Shown here in pieces: positions 9,566-18,454 of a DNA stretch of 61,797 nucleotides. The notes beneath the pieces are model-generated. The model made no database searches. It was not told the DNA's origin and saw only the letters and a program-made list of their open reading frames with translations. The stretch lies in the sequence record DRR723986_5041. The stretch is one strand, 5' to 3'. The position numbers and the translations under genes are program-made. Within the stretch, counting starts at the first letter, position 1. Every line of letters begins with the position of its first letter.

Positions 9566-10849
9566 ATGCCAAACAATGCACAACTGGACATCGCCTGGGT
9601 TCGGGATCAATTTCCGGGACTGAAATCGGACTGGGTCTTTTTCGACAATGCCGGCGGATCGCAGATCCTCAACCAGGCAGTCGAGCGGATCAAACAGTTC
9701 CTGCTCGAAAAAAACGTTCAGATCGGCGGTAGCTACGAAGTTTCGAAGGCCGCCGCGGCAGCCCTTCTGGAAGCGCGCAAGGCCGGGCAGCTTCTGGTCA
9801 ATGCCTCCCGTCCCGAAGAGATCGTCTTCGGCCATTCCACCACCGTGCTGATGCAGAACCTTGTCGAATCCATGCGCCGCCAGTTGGCGGCGGGGGACGA
9901 GGTGATCGTGAGCAACGCGGACCATGAATCCAATATCGGCCCATGGCTGCGGCTAGAGGAATTCGGCATCAAGGTGATCTTCTGGCAGCTCGACAAGGAC
10001 AGCCTGACCCTGCACCTGGATGATCTCGGCAAACTGATGAACGAACGCACCAGGCTCGTTGCGGTCCACCACGTCTCCAACATCCTTGGGGAAGTTAACC
10101 CCGTCCGCGAAATCGCCGATTATGTGCATCACAGAGGTGCCAGACTATGCGTCGACGCGGTCGCCTATGCACCGCACCGGGCGATCGACGTGCAGGAACT
10201 GAACGTCGATTACTACATCTTCAGCCTGTACAAGACCTTCGGCCCGCACATCGCGATGATGTACGGCAAATATGATCACCTTCTGGAGCTGGACACGCTC
10301 TACCACTATTTTTACGGCAAGGACAAAGTCCCGGGAAAGCTGGAAGCAGGCAATCCGAATTATGAACTTGCCTATTCGCTGACAGCCATCACAGCCTATC
10401 TGCAGGAACTCGGGAAACGATGCGGAGCCCCTGCCTCGTCCGAGCCGCGCGCCCTGATCGAGACCGCCTTTTCTGCCATCGCGGCGCAAGAGACGGCCTT
10501 GACCAAACGCTTTCTCGACTGGGCGAAGCAACACCCGGACATCACGATTGTGGGGCGTGACACGGTTGGAAACGGCAACAGGATCGCAACCATCAGCTTC
10601 ACCGCAAAAGGCTGGGCGCCGGAGGCACTGTGCCGAAAGATCGACGAATACCATGTTGCGATCCGCCATGGTGACTTCCATTCCCGGCGCCTGATCGAGG
10701 ACCTCGGGCTGGCCGAAGCCGGAGGCGTCGTGCGCCTGTCCATGGTCCATTACAACACGCTAGAAGAAGTCGATCGCCTGACCAACGCCCTGGATGAAAC
10801 CCTCGGTCACAAAGCGTCCGGAACAGCGCCTGTGAAAGCATCGGCATGA
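9566..10849 (+). CDS. class-V PLP enzyme, cysteine desulfurase-like but lacking the catalytic Cys
   Basis: FFDNAGGS, DHESN, VDAVAYAPH, FSLYK (PLP Lys), RHGDFHS in place of RxGHHCA. Start at ATG 9566 after GGAG. Confidence 0.85.
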   Translation: MPNNAQLDIAWVRDQFPGLKSDWVFFDNAGGSQILNQAVERIKQFLLEKNVQIGGSYEVSKAAAAALLEARKAGQLLVNASRPEEIVFGHSTTVLMQNLVESMRRQLAAGDEVIVSNADHESNIGPWLRLEEFGIKVIFWQLDKDSLTLHLDDLGKLMNERTRLVAVHHVSNILGEVNPVREIADYVHHRGARLCVDAVAYAPHRAIDVQELNVDYYIFSLYKTFGPHIAMMYGKYDHLLELDTLYHYFYGKDKVPGKLEAGNPNYELAYSLTAITAYLQELGKRCGAPASSEPRALIETAFSAIAAQETALTKRFLDWAKQHPDITIVGRDTVGNGNRIATISFTAKGWAPEALCRKIDEYHVAIRHGDFHSRRLIEDLGLAEAGGVVRLSMVHYNTLEEVDRLTNALDETLGHKASGTAPVKASA

Positions 10850-12273
10850 CGGCCCCCTCCTTCGACACAGTGGTGCGCGGTGGCACCATCGTCACCGCTG
10901 CCGATGTCTATCAGGCAGACATCGGCATTACGGATGGCAAGATCGTGGCAATCGGGCGTGATCTGCAGGAAGCAGACACGACCATCGACGCGACCGGCTT
11001 GCTCGTGATGCCGGGCGGCATCGACAGTCACGTCCATATCGCGCAGCCGTCAGGCGAAGGCATTGTCATGGCGGACGATTTCGAAAGCGGGACAAGGTCG
11101 GCGCTTCTTGGCGGGAACACGACGGTAATGCCTTTCTGCCTTCAGCAGAAAGGCGACACCTTGCGCGAGGCGTTGAAGGGATATCATGCCCTTGCAGAGG
11201 GCAATTGTTTCACCGACATCAGTTTTCACATGATCGTCTCCGACCCGACGCCGCATGTGCTTGGCCAGGAAATGCCGGCACTTGCGGAAGAAGGCTATAC
11301 GTCGATCAAGGTGTTCATGACCTACGAAGGCCTGCGCCTTCGCGATGACGAGATCCTGGCCACGCTGGACGCGGCCAAACGCTCCAGACAGGTCGTGCTG
11401 GTTCATTGCGAAAACGAAGATGCCATCCGCTATCTGATCGGACGGCGTGAAGCAGATGGCGACACCGCCCCGTACCACCACGCCACGTCTCGCCCGATCG
11501 CGGCAGAGCGAGAGGCAACACACCGGGCCCTGTCTCTGGCCGAAATCGTCGATACCCCGATCGTCATCGTCCATGTTTCGAACCGTGAAGCGATGGAGGA
11601 AATCTCGCGCGCACGGCTGAGAGGCCAGAAGATCGCCGGTGAAACCTGCCCGCAATATCTCGTTCTGACGGCAGACGATCTGGATCTTGAGGATTTCGAG
11701 GGTGCGAAATTCGTCTGCTCGCCTCCTCCCAGAGACAAGGAAAGCCAGGACGCCTGCTGGTCCGGTCTGGAAAACGGCGTGTTCGATCTTTATTCTTCCG
11801 ACCACTGCCCGTTCCGGTTTGACGACCCCGGCGGCAAGAAGACCGAGAAGGGAATGCAATCCTTCAGATGGATCCCGAACGGCATTCCGGGCGTTGCGAC
11901 CAGACTGCCGATATTGTTCTCCGAAGGCGTCAAGACCGGCCGGATCGACCTCAACCGCTTCGTTGCGCTGACGTCCACCAATCACGCCAAGCTGTATGGT
12001 CTCTATCCGCAGAAAGGCACCATCGCGGTCGGTTCGGATGCCGATCTGACCCTGTGGGATCCGGAACTCAGGAAAACCATCACCAACGATGACCTCGGCC
12101 ATGGCGCCGACTACACGCCTTACGAAGGCATGGAGGTGACCGGATGGCCCGTGAAGGTTCTTCTGCGCGGCGATTTGGTGATGGAAAAAGGTGTGCCCGT
12201 TCTTGGCAAGGGCCGGGGCAGGTATCTTCCCCGTAAACGAAGCAATCTGATCAACGGCGAAACCAGCCTGTAA
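10846..12273 (+). CDS. hydA: dihydropyrimidinase / D-hydantoinase (cyclic amidohydrolase)
   Basis: MPGGIDSHVH, SIKVFMTY, VHCEN, VHVS, ETCPQY, SSDHCP, GSDADL; ATGA overlap with the upstream gene. Confidence 0.9.
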   Translation: MTAPSFDTVVRGGTIVTAADVYQADIGITDGKIVAIGRDLQEADTTIDATGLLVMPGGIDSHVHIAQPSGEGIVMADDFESGTRSALLGGNTTVMPFCLQQKGDTLREALKGYHALAEGNCFTDISFHMIVSDPTPHVLGQEMPALAEEGYTSIKVFMTYEGLRLRDDEILATLDAAKRSRQVVLVHCENEDAIRYLIGRREADGDTAPYHHATSRPIAAEREATHRALSLAEIVDTPIVIVHVSNREAMEEISRARLRGQKIAGETCPQYLVLTADDLDLEDFEGAKFVCSPPPRDKESQDACWSGLENGVFDLYSSDHCPFRFDDPGGKKTEKGMQSFRWIPNGIPGVATRLPILFSEGVKTGRIDLNRFVALTSTNHAKLYGLYPQKGTIAVGSDADLTLWDPELRKTITNDDLGHGADYTPYEGMEVTGWPVKVLLRGDLVMEKGVPVLGKGRGRYLPRKRSNLINGETSL

Positions 12274-12279
12274 GTCCTG

Positions 12280-12325
12280 CCTGGCATCATCCAGCGTGTC
12301 GCTGTTGGCGGCTGATGATGCCGGG
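12280..12325 (+). terminator. stem-loop after hydA
   Basis: CCTGGCATCATC ... GATGATGCCGGG inverted repeat. Confidence 0.45.
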
Positions 12326-12412
12326 CCACAAACCGGAAAAAGAAACGCAGACCATTTCACCCGGGAAGGGATCTGGATTGACACCGACGGTCAGGTCGGC
12401 GAGGATTTTCAG

Positions 12413-12892
12413 ATGATCCGAATGTCTGCTTTAGCCTCCCGGCTAAAAAGGCGGCTCCTGCCTGTCGACAGGCCGCCTGATCAGTTAGTGGGTGATCCGG
12501 ACGCCCCGTATATTTTCCGCTGGCGCTTGTGGCCGAAGAACCCGCTCATCAACGCGTATTTACACAATGTCGTACGGGCTGACGACGAGGCAGCCCTGCA
12601 CGACCACCCCTGGCCGAGCGTGTCGATCATGCTGGCCGGCACGATCAACGAGACTTTCGCTGCCCGTAAAGGCGAGAAGGTGCGCAAACTGCGTGCCGGA
12701 GATGTCGTACTCCGTAAATCCCGCTTCGCGCACCGTCTGTCTCCCGTCCTCACCGAACCGGCCTGGACCCTCTTCATTACGGGGCCGCGCGTGAGGGAAT
12801 GGGGCTTTCATTGTGCCCAGGGCTGGCGTGACTGGAAGACATTCGTCGAAGCCAGAAAAGGTGGCAAATACAACGGCTGCGACGATCCATAG
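12413..12892 (+). CDS. small cupin-fold protein
   Basis: GAGGA RBS before ATG 12413; LHDHPW.SVSIMLAG..NE, AHRL, WTLFITGPRVREWGF. Confidence 0.7.
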   Translation: MIRMSALASRLKRRLLPVDRPPDQLVGDPDAPYIFRWRLWPKNPLINAYLHNVVRADDEAALHDHPWPSVSIMLAGTINETFAARKGEKVRKLRAGDVVLRKSRFAHRLSPVLTEPAWTLFITGPRVREWGFHCAQGWRDWKTFVEARKGGKYNGCDDP

Positions 12893-12894
12893 GA

Positions 12895-13572
12895 TTATTC
12901 GGAAGGCGTCTCGTCCAGAATGACATCGCTTCCGGCGCAACCGGCTGCCCGCAGCAGGATCAGCTCATGAATGCATTGGGCAACATGTGCGGGCGGAAGC
13001 CCGGTGCCCCCGGGCTGAAGCTGCAATTGGCCCGGTATGACGGTGTGCAGGGCAATACCCAGCCCCTCCACCTCTGGTCGCAGGGCCTGGCCGAATGCGA
13101 TCATTCCCGCCTTGGCTGCGCTGTAGACAACGGCTTCACTAACGGGCCGAAGACCGGCGGTAGAGGCGATCTGCACGACAACGGCGTTGTTTGAAAGCTT
13201 CAACGCCGGAATGGCGGCGTGGGTAAGAAGGATGGCGGACTGAAGACTGGTTTCCAGCACGCGCAGCAGCAGCTCCGGTGAAGACGGTGCGAAGGGCTGG
13301 AACCCATATGCAGCCGCACCATGGATCAGGACGTCGAGCCCGCCCATTGCAGTTGCCGCCTGCTGGACAACAGTTTCGGGTGTGGTTTTTGAAGAGAGAT
13401 TTGCTTCGATGATGTGGGCGGTTCCGCCCCTGGCGTGTATCTCATCCGACAATTGCCGAAGAGACTCCGCATTGCGCCCGACCAGGGCAAACTCGAATTC
13501 CGGGCTGGCAAGGCGTTCGATCAACGCTCGCCCAACCCGACCACTTGCGCCTGTCAGCAAAATTCGTGACAT
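12895..13572 (-). CDS. short-chain dehydrogenase/reductase (SDR)
   Basis: TGASGRVG nucleotide-binding motif, IAS, YSAAK. Confidence 0.88.
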   Translation of the reverse strand: MSRILLTGASGRVGRALIERLASPEFEFALVGRNAESLRQLSDEIHARGGTAHIIEANLSSKTTPETVVQQAATAMGGLDVLIHGAAAYGFQPFAPSSPELLLRVLETSLQSAILLTHAAIPALKLSNNAVVVQIASTAGLRPVSEAVVYSAAKAGMIAFGQALRPEVEGLGIALHTVIPGQLQLQPGGTGLPPAHVAQCIHELILLRAAGCAGSDVILDETPSE

Positions 13573-13622
13573 GCGTTTATCGGTACTGATTCAACCGGGA
13601 AGCCAAAACGGCAGAACCGGTA

Positions 13623-13799
13623 TCAGCGACCTGTGGTTTTATCCTCGTCGCAGCCAAATCCGACCACACGACCTGCTTCTTGCCCCGTCAACTGGCGCGG
13701 CGTGGAGCCGGCAAGTGCAACGGTTTCCGACGGATCGACAAACTCGATGTCGGCTTCAACTTCGGTATTGCGCTCGATATTTGCTTTCGCTTCAGACAT
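13623..13799 (-). CDS. 58-aa peptide, candidate RiPP precursor
   Basis: AAGGAG RBS (13808-13813) 8 nt before ATG 13799; MSEAKANIERNTEVEADIEFVDPSETVALAGSTPRQLTGQEAGRVVGFGCDEDKTTGR; co-oriented with the SDR, 50 nt upstream of it. Confidence 0.7.
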   Translation of the reverse strand: MSEAKANIERNTEVEADIEFVDPSETVALAGSTPRQLTGQEAGRVVGFGCDEDKTTGR

Positions 13800-14044
13800 A
13801 TCTAGTGCTCCTTGTTTGCAATTTGCAGTTTCAATCCTGCACTCATACCTACTAGATTGTCCAGAGCGAACTCGCGATGTGGTGAATTTTCTGAAAGCGA
13901 CTTCAGCTGTCAGACGGCGATAGACTGATAATCTGCAACCGGAAACGATCAACAGGAAGACTGCGTGTCGAAGGCAACTGACGGGCTCGAATTTCAACGG
14001 AAGCGGCACGTTTTGACGTGGATGCCGATATCGCGGGTCTCTGC

Positions 14045-15358
14045 ATGACATCGAGACCAGTGCAATTGGCCGTGATCAGCATAGCCGGCTACGGGTTGGC
14101 TCTCCTGACGAACCTGCTTCTGTCCAACATGCTCGGGACAGAGCTCTTCGGAGACTACCAGGTTGCATTCGCCCTCTTGTCGCTGCTGGCCTCCCTGTCA
14201 CTGTCCGGAACGGATATGGTGGCTTCGCGCTACCTGCCCACCATGCGCAAAACGGTGAACCTCGAGGGTATTCGGGCTTACTGTGCCTGGAACCGCAGCC
14301 GGATACGCTTCGGCTTTTCAATCATCCTGGCAGTCTATGCAGTGTTTCTGGCAATCGCACTTGCCACACATCTGGCCGATTACAAGCGCTTCGAAGAATA
14401 CCATCTGGCTTTTCACAGTATCTGGATTGCCCCGATTGCCGCACTTTCGCTTCTGACCGACCGATATCTCGTCGCCAGCGGGTACCCGCGAACCGGGAGC
14501 ATCCTGGGCTCGCTGGCCCTTCATCTTGTGCTGCTTTTCTGTGTCGCCGCGGCAGTGTACGGGCTGCGGCTGTCGGTCTCGAGCAGCAGCGTCATGATCG
14601 GTATCCTCGTGGTATCGTTTGTGTTTCTGGGGCTCCTGCATGCCGTCATCTTTCGGACCGTTGAGCCCGAGATATACGGTGCATGGTGGACACCGGCGCG
14701 GGGCGCATCCGCCGAACACCACAGGGCCTGGTCACGGACAAGCAATCGAATGCTGATCATGCGGGTCAATTCACTGATGTTGTGGCACCTCGACCTGTTC
14801 ATCGTCGAAATCGCCTCGCCGAACGAAGCCGCCACAAGTTTATATGCGGCAGTCCTGCTGGTGGTTCGCATCATGCAGCTTATCCCGACCACCATATCCT
14901 TCATGATCCGCCCGTTGTGCGGCGCTGCCGCCGACGACCGGTCGCAATGTCCCAAATTGCAAAAGGCAATCAACGAGTCGAATGCCGTCGTCCTGGGGAT
15001 CTGCTCACTGCTCCTGGCCGGGATGCTAATCGGTGGACATTTCATTCTGAATGCCTTTGGCCCTGGGTTCTCCGAAGCAACGACTGCACTCGCGATGGTT
15101 GCTGTCGGAGCCTTCATTGAAGCCTTGACGCGGCAGTCCCTCGTGATCCTGCAGACCATGGGTCACGAACAGGTCGCGACCCGCATCTCGACAGTCAGTC
15201 TCGTTATCGTGCTCGGGGGCGGGTTCATCGCCACCTACCTCTTTTCATACAACGGCATGGCCGCCGTGACCGGTTTGGTCTTGGCGGGCAAGGGTTTGAT
15301 ATCCTATGCTTTTGCTCGAAGGCGGCTTCCGGAGATCCGTCCTCTGAGCGTCATTTGA
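14045..15358 (+). CDS. MOP-superfamily (Wzx/MATE-like) flippase/exporter
   Basis: About 12 hydrophobic segments; LGTELFGDYQVAF, LDLFIV, SLYAA, FGPGF patterns. Start set at ATG 14045. Confidence 0.75.
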   Translation: MTSRPVQLAVISIAGYGLALLTNLLLSNMLGTELFGDYQVAFALLSLLASLSLSGTDMVASRYLPTMRKTVNLEGIRAYCAWNRSRIRFGFSIILAVYAVFLAIALATHLADYKRFEEYHLAFHSIWIAPIAALSLLTDRYLVASGYPRTGSILGSLALHLVLLFCVAAAVYGLRLSVSSSSVMIGILVVSFVFLGLLHAVIFRTVEPEIYGAWWTPARGASAEHHRAWSRTSNRMLIMRVNSLMLWHLDLFIVEIASPNEAATSLYAAVLLVVRIMQLIPTTISFMIRPLCGAAADDRSQCPKLQKAINESNAVVLGICSLLLAGMLIGGHFILNAFGPGFSEATTALAMVAVGAFIEALTRQSLVILQTMGHEQVATRISTVSLVIVLGGGFIATYLFSYNGMAAVTGLVLAGKGLISYAFARRRLPEIRPLSVI

Positions 15359-15375
15359 AACAACGCGGAGGTGTG

Positions 15376-16212
15376 ATGATGAAGACAGACAATCCATATC
15401 AACACTTGATCGAGGCCCTTACCCCACCTTCTGGCGAAATAGATTCATTCATCGAATTGGGCAGCATTCTGCGGTCACTCGATCCGCAACGCATAAACGG
15501 CCTGTTGCTGGATCTGCTGCACGTTGTGCGCGAACGCGGCAGCTTACCGGCACAGCGGGAAGGCAACGTCTACCTGTGCCGGACCGATCAGTTCAGCCTG
15601 ATGCTGCGCTTCAGTGGACAAGGTGGCCGGCAACCGGTCTACACCGCCAACGAGTTTGATGCCTTCGTGTTGAACCTGTCACCAAATGACGTACGGATAC
15701 CGCGGCTGGAGTGCGGGCTGGATCGCAACAACCTTCATCAGCGCCCTCCCAGCCTCAAGCGCCGGGACAGCGACCTCGTACTGAAGGCACATGACGTCTA
15801 TGACGCCCCGGCGTTCGGCGACATCATCGACATTGCCGCCGCCACGCCGATCGCGCCGTTGTTGATCGTGCATTCCCCGCCACGGGCCCACAGCACCTGG
15901 ACCTTCGACCGCGAGACACTGGAGCCACTGCAGCAAGTCAGTACCGATCTGCATGCCTCGCGCATGCAGATGGTTCTCCAACTGCTTCAGGCCATGCAAC
16001 AGATCGATGGACTTGAAGAACCGCTGGCCAAAATGGTGCATTCGAACATGGCAGGTTTTGCACGCTGGGATGCCTTGAAGCTGCTTCATCGCTGTGCGCC
16101 ACAGCAGGCTCTCACCGCTTTGCACCAAATGGCGCACAGTGACCGCGATGCGTCGCTTCGCGAAGCGGCGCGAGCAACCCTTGCAAGAACAATGGACGGG
16201 GATGCGGCATGA
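15376..16212 (+). CDS. cupin-like + C-terminal HEAT-repeat protein without an obvious metal motif
   Basis: GGAGG RBS; HEAT-like tail (FARWDALKLL...DRDASLREAARATL); overall layout parallels the next gene. Confidence 0.65.
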   Translation: MMKTDNPYQHLIEALTPPSGEIDSFIELGSILRSLDPQRINGLLLDLLHVVRERGSLPAQREGNVYLCRTDQFSLMLRFSGQGGRQPVYTANEFDAFVLNLSPNDVRIPRLECGLDRNNLHQRPPSLKRRDSDLVLKAHDVYDAPAFGDIIDIAAATPIAPLLIVHSPPRAHSTWTFDRETLEPLQQVSTDLHASRMQMVLQLLQAMQQIDGLEEPLAKMVHSNMAGFARWDALKLLHRCAPQQALTALHQMAHSDRDASLREAARATLARTMDGDAA

Positions 16213-17108
16213 CCGAGACATATTTTCCCGGAGGGAAAGAAATCCTGACACTTGATCAGTTCGTTGAAAGGCTGGAGGCATCGGGCATTGTTCCGGATCT
16301 TCGCGCCTCCCGCTACACTCCGGAAGCAATGTCGTGCGTTGCCGAATGGATGGCTGCATTGGCACGCGATCCAGATGTGCTGCGCGGTCTGCTTGTCGAT
16401 GGTCTGGCGGATTTTCTGAACTACCAGGTCGACAACGATTTCAAACCGTCAACCTTGATGCTGCACAAGGGCGACGGGTATTCCCTGCGTGCCGTCCTGT
16501 GGATGCCGCCAAGCCCTCAACATCCCCCCGAAATCTTTTCCTATTACGAAACCCATGATCACAGCTTCGATTTCTTCACGGTCGGCGCTTTCGGTCCCGG
16601 GTACCGCACCCAGTTGTACGACTACGAATACGAGAACGTGCGCGGCGTCCCGGGAGAACTTGTTCCCTTGAGGTTTCAGGAGGAAACCGGGCTACCGCCA
16701 GGCAAGGTGATGTACTATTACGGCAGCCGCGATATTCACACACAGCTTCCGGCGCCCTCGATCTCCGCGTCGATCAACCTGCTCCTGCCCAAGACCTATC
16801 CGGCACACCGCCGGCAATACGAGATGACCCTGGAAGAAACGCCGGAAGGTGTCTTCGGCAAACTCATTGCCGGGAATGTCGATCGACAGGCGCAGGAGCG
16901 CGCGTTGTTCGAAACAGCAGCGGCTATGGGCGATACCGATCTTCATGAGGCCTTGCGCGACATTGCAAGACATCATGACACGCCGCAGGTGCGGGCACTG
17001 GCCTGGCAATCCCTGTTGCCCAACAGCAAGCATCTCGCCGAGGATGTCGGCCTGGTCCGCGATGATGGAGATCCCCATGTTCGCGCCGCCCTTTCGCAGT
17101 GGGTGTAG
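16209..17108 (+). CDS. cupin (cysteine-dioxygenase-like HxH...H) + HEAT-repeat protein, putative non-heme metal oxygenase
   Basis: ETHDHSFDFFTVGAFGPGY and DIHTQLP; HEAT-like tail (PQVRALAWQSL...DPHVRAAL); ATGA overlap with the previous gene. Confidence 0.7.
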   Translation: MTETYFPGGKEILTLDQFVERLEASGIVPDLRASRYTPEAMSCVAEWMAALARDPDVLRGLLVDGLADFLNYQVDNDFKPSTLMLHKGDGYSLRAVLWMPPSPQHPPEIFSYYETHDHSFDFFTVGAFGPGYRTQLYDYEYENVRGVPGELVPLRFQEETGLPPGKVMYYYGSRDIHTQLPAPSISASINLLLPKTYPAHRRQYEMTLEETPEGVFGKLIAGNVDRQAQERALFETAAAMGDTDLHEALRDIARHHDTPQVRALAWQSLLPNSKHLAEDVGLVRDDGDPHVRAALSQWV

Positions 17109-17258
17109 AGCGCTGAGATTTACCAGCCTGGCAATGTGGTGCATGCGCCGCCTTGCCGGCAACCGTCCGAAGCCGTGCAGGTTGGGGAAGATCAACTCCC
17201 TTTGGAACAGGTCGGAAAATGTGGTAATCGCCAGCCAAACAACATCGGGAATGCACCA

Positions 17259-17492
17259 TTGAGCGAACTGACCGTAGCGGAAGCAACAAACCGCGTTTAT
17301 GAATCCCTGCAGGCCGACAACGAAGATATCGACCTGCATATCGCAGCTCTCAAGGAAGCTTTGAAACGCGAGGGCCAGAAGGAAGCCGTTTTTGATCCGG
17401 CAAAGCTCGTCCAGAACAACCGCTCCGGACGCAAGCTCATGCAGGCCTACTTTCGCCAGCGCGGCGTGAAGGTCACCTTCGCGGCTTCCTGA
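17259..17492 (+). CDS. small hypothetical protein (77 aa)
   Basis: TTG start; host-like codon usage; (M)SELTVAEAT...NNRSGRKLMQAYFRQRGV. Confidence 0.6.
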   Translation: MSELTVAEATNRVYESLQADNEDIDLHIAALKEALKREGQKEAVFDPAKLVQNNRSGRKLMQAYFRQRGVKVTFAAS

Positions 17493-17573
17493 CACGAAGC
17501 TGCCATTGGGCTGCCTGCCTCACTGAACCCTGTATCGATGCTCCGGACGTCCGACCGGGTAATCTCCACTGGA

Positions 17574-17607
17574 GCCGCCGCCTTGGTTTTCACCTGAAGG
17601 CGGCGGC
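17574..17607. terminator. stem-loop between convergent genes
   Basis: GCCGCCGCCTT ... AAGGCGGCGGC, 11-bp perfect stem. Confidence 0.55.
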
Positions 17608-17638
17608 ACTGTGCGAAGTCCCCAGACACGTTTCCACC

Positions 17639-18106
17639 TCACTCGAAAACAGTACTGCTCTGTTCCTGCTTTCTCAGGTGGGCTTTTTCTGCATGTCGAG
17701 CGCCGCTCGTAAACATGTACCGTTTCGCAACCAGGGAAATTGCGAACACAAAGATCAGCAGCGGCACCACAATGACCATGAGGGAGCCGAGCCCGTTCGC
17801 AAGTTCGCCTTGCGAAAGAAGAAACCATACGAACACCCCGGTAATAGCTACCGAAATGGCCAGTTCAACAAGCGTCATCTGAAAAGCGGCCCGCCAGGCG
17901 AAACCGCTGTCGGGGATGATTTCGTACTTTTTGTAAAAGTGTCGCCCTGCGTCGCTTGAAGCGCCCAACACGGCACCGATCTGGTTCACCGAACCGCTCA
18001 CGCTGATGCCGGTTAGCGTTTCCAGAATGACACTGAAGATAGCCAGGGCGATCAACAGCCCTGTGTACACCAACGCAAATCTCACCAATCCAACACTTTT
18101 CTGCAC
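17639..18106 (-). CDS. 4-TM membrane protein (ABZJ_00895-like)
   Basis: GTG start at 18106; four hydrophobic helices. The family name is tentative. Confidence 0.6.
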   Translation of the reverse strand: MQKSVGLVRFALVYTGLLIALAIFSVILETLTGISVSGSVNQIGAVLGASSDAGRHFYKKYEIIPDSGFAWRAAFQMTLVELAISVAITGVFVWFLLSQGELANGLGSLMVIVVPLLIFVFAISLVAKRYMFTSGARHAEKAHLRKQEQSSTVFE

Positions 18107-18454
18107 AATAGCCCCCAGGACTTGAAAACACTTTTTTGATAGCGCCGGGACAGGCAAGGCATGCCCCATGCGGTCCCGCCCCGGCATTCCATAGTGGAGA
18201 ATTCCGGCGACGGCCGTCCGGCTTATAGAACCTAAATCTTAAGTTGTAATTTCCAGAACCACTTGCATTGACGACAAAACCGCCAGGTAACACTTCAAAA
18301 CGCCACGAAAATATGTTCATTTTGCCTCGATCTTGAGGCCTTATTTCAGCCCAACAAATACTGATGAATGCATGACATCGAACAACAATAATCGTTTGAT
18401 ATTAAGGGCTGAATTTCCTTTCCGTTTTCTCCGTCGAAGCCAAAAGAGGTTTGG

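Noticed and set aside
9566-10849. sufS/iscS assignment
   Set aside because: The catalytic Cys motif is absent and there are no suf/isc neighbours.
13623-14051. 142-aa ORF as listed in the track
   Set aside because: The upstream 84 codons cross the divergent promoter region and overlap the flippase start; the RBS supports only the 58-aa product from 13799.
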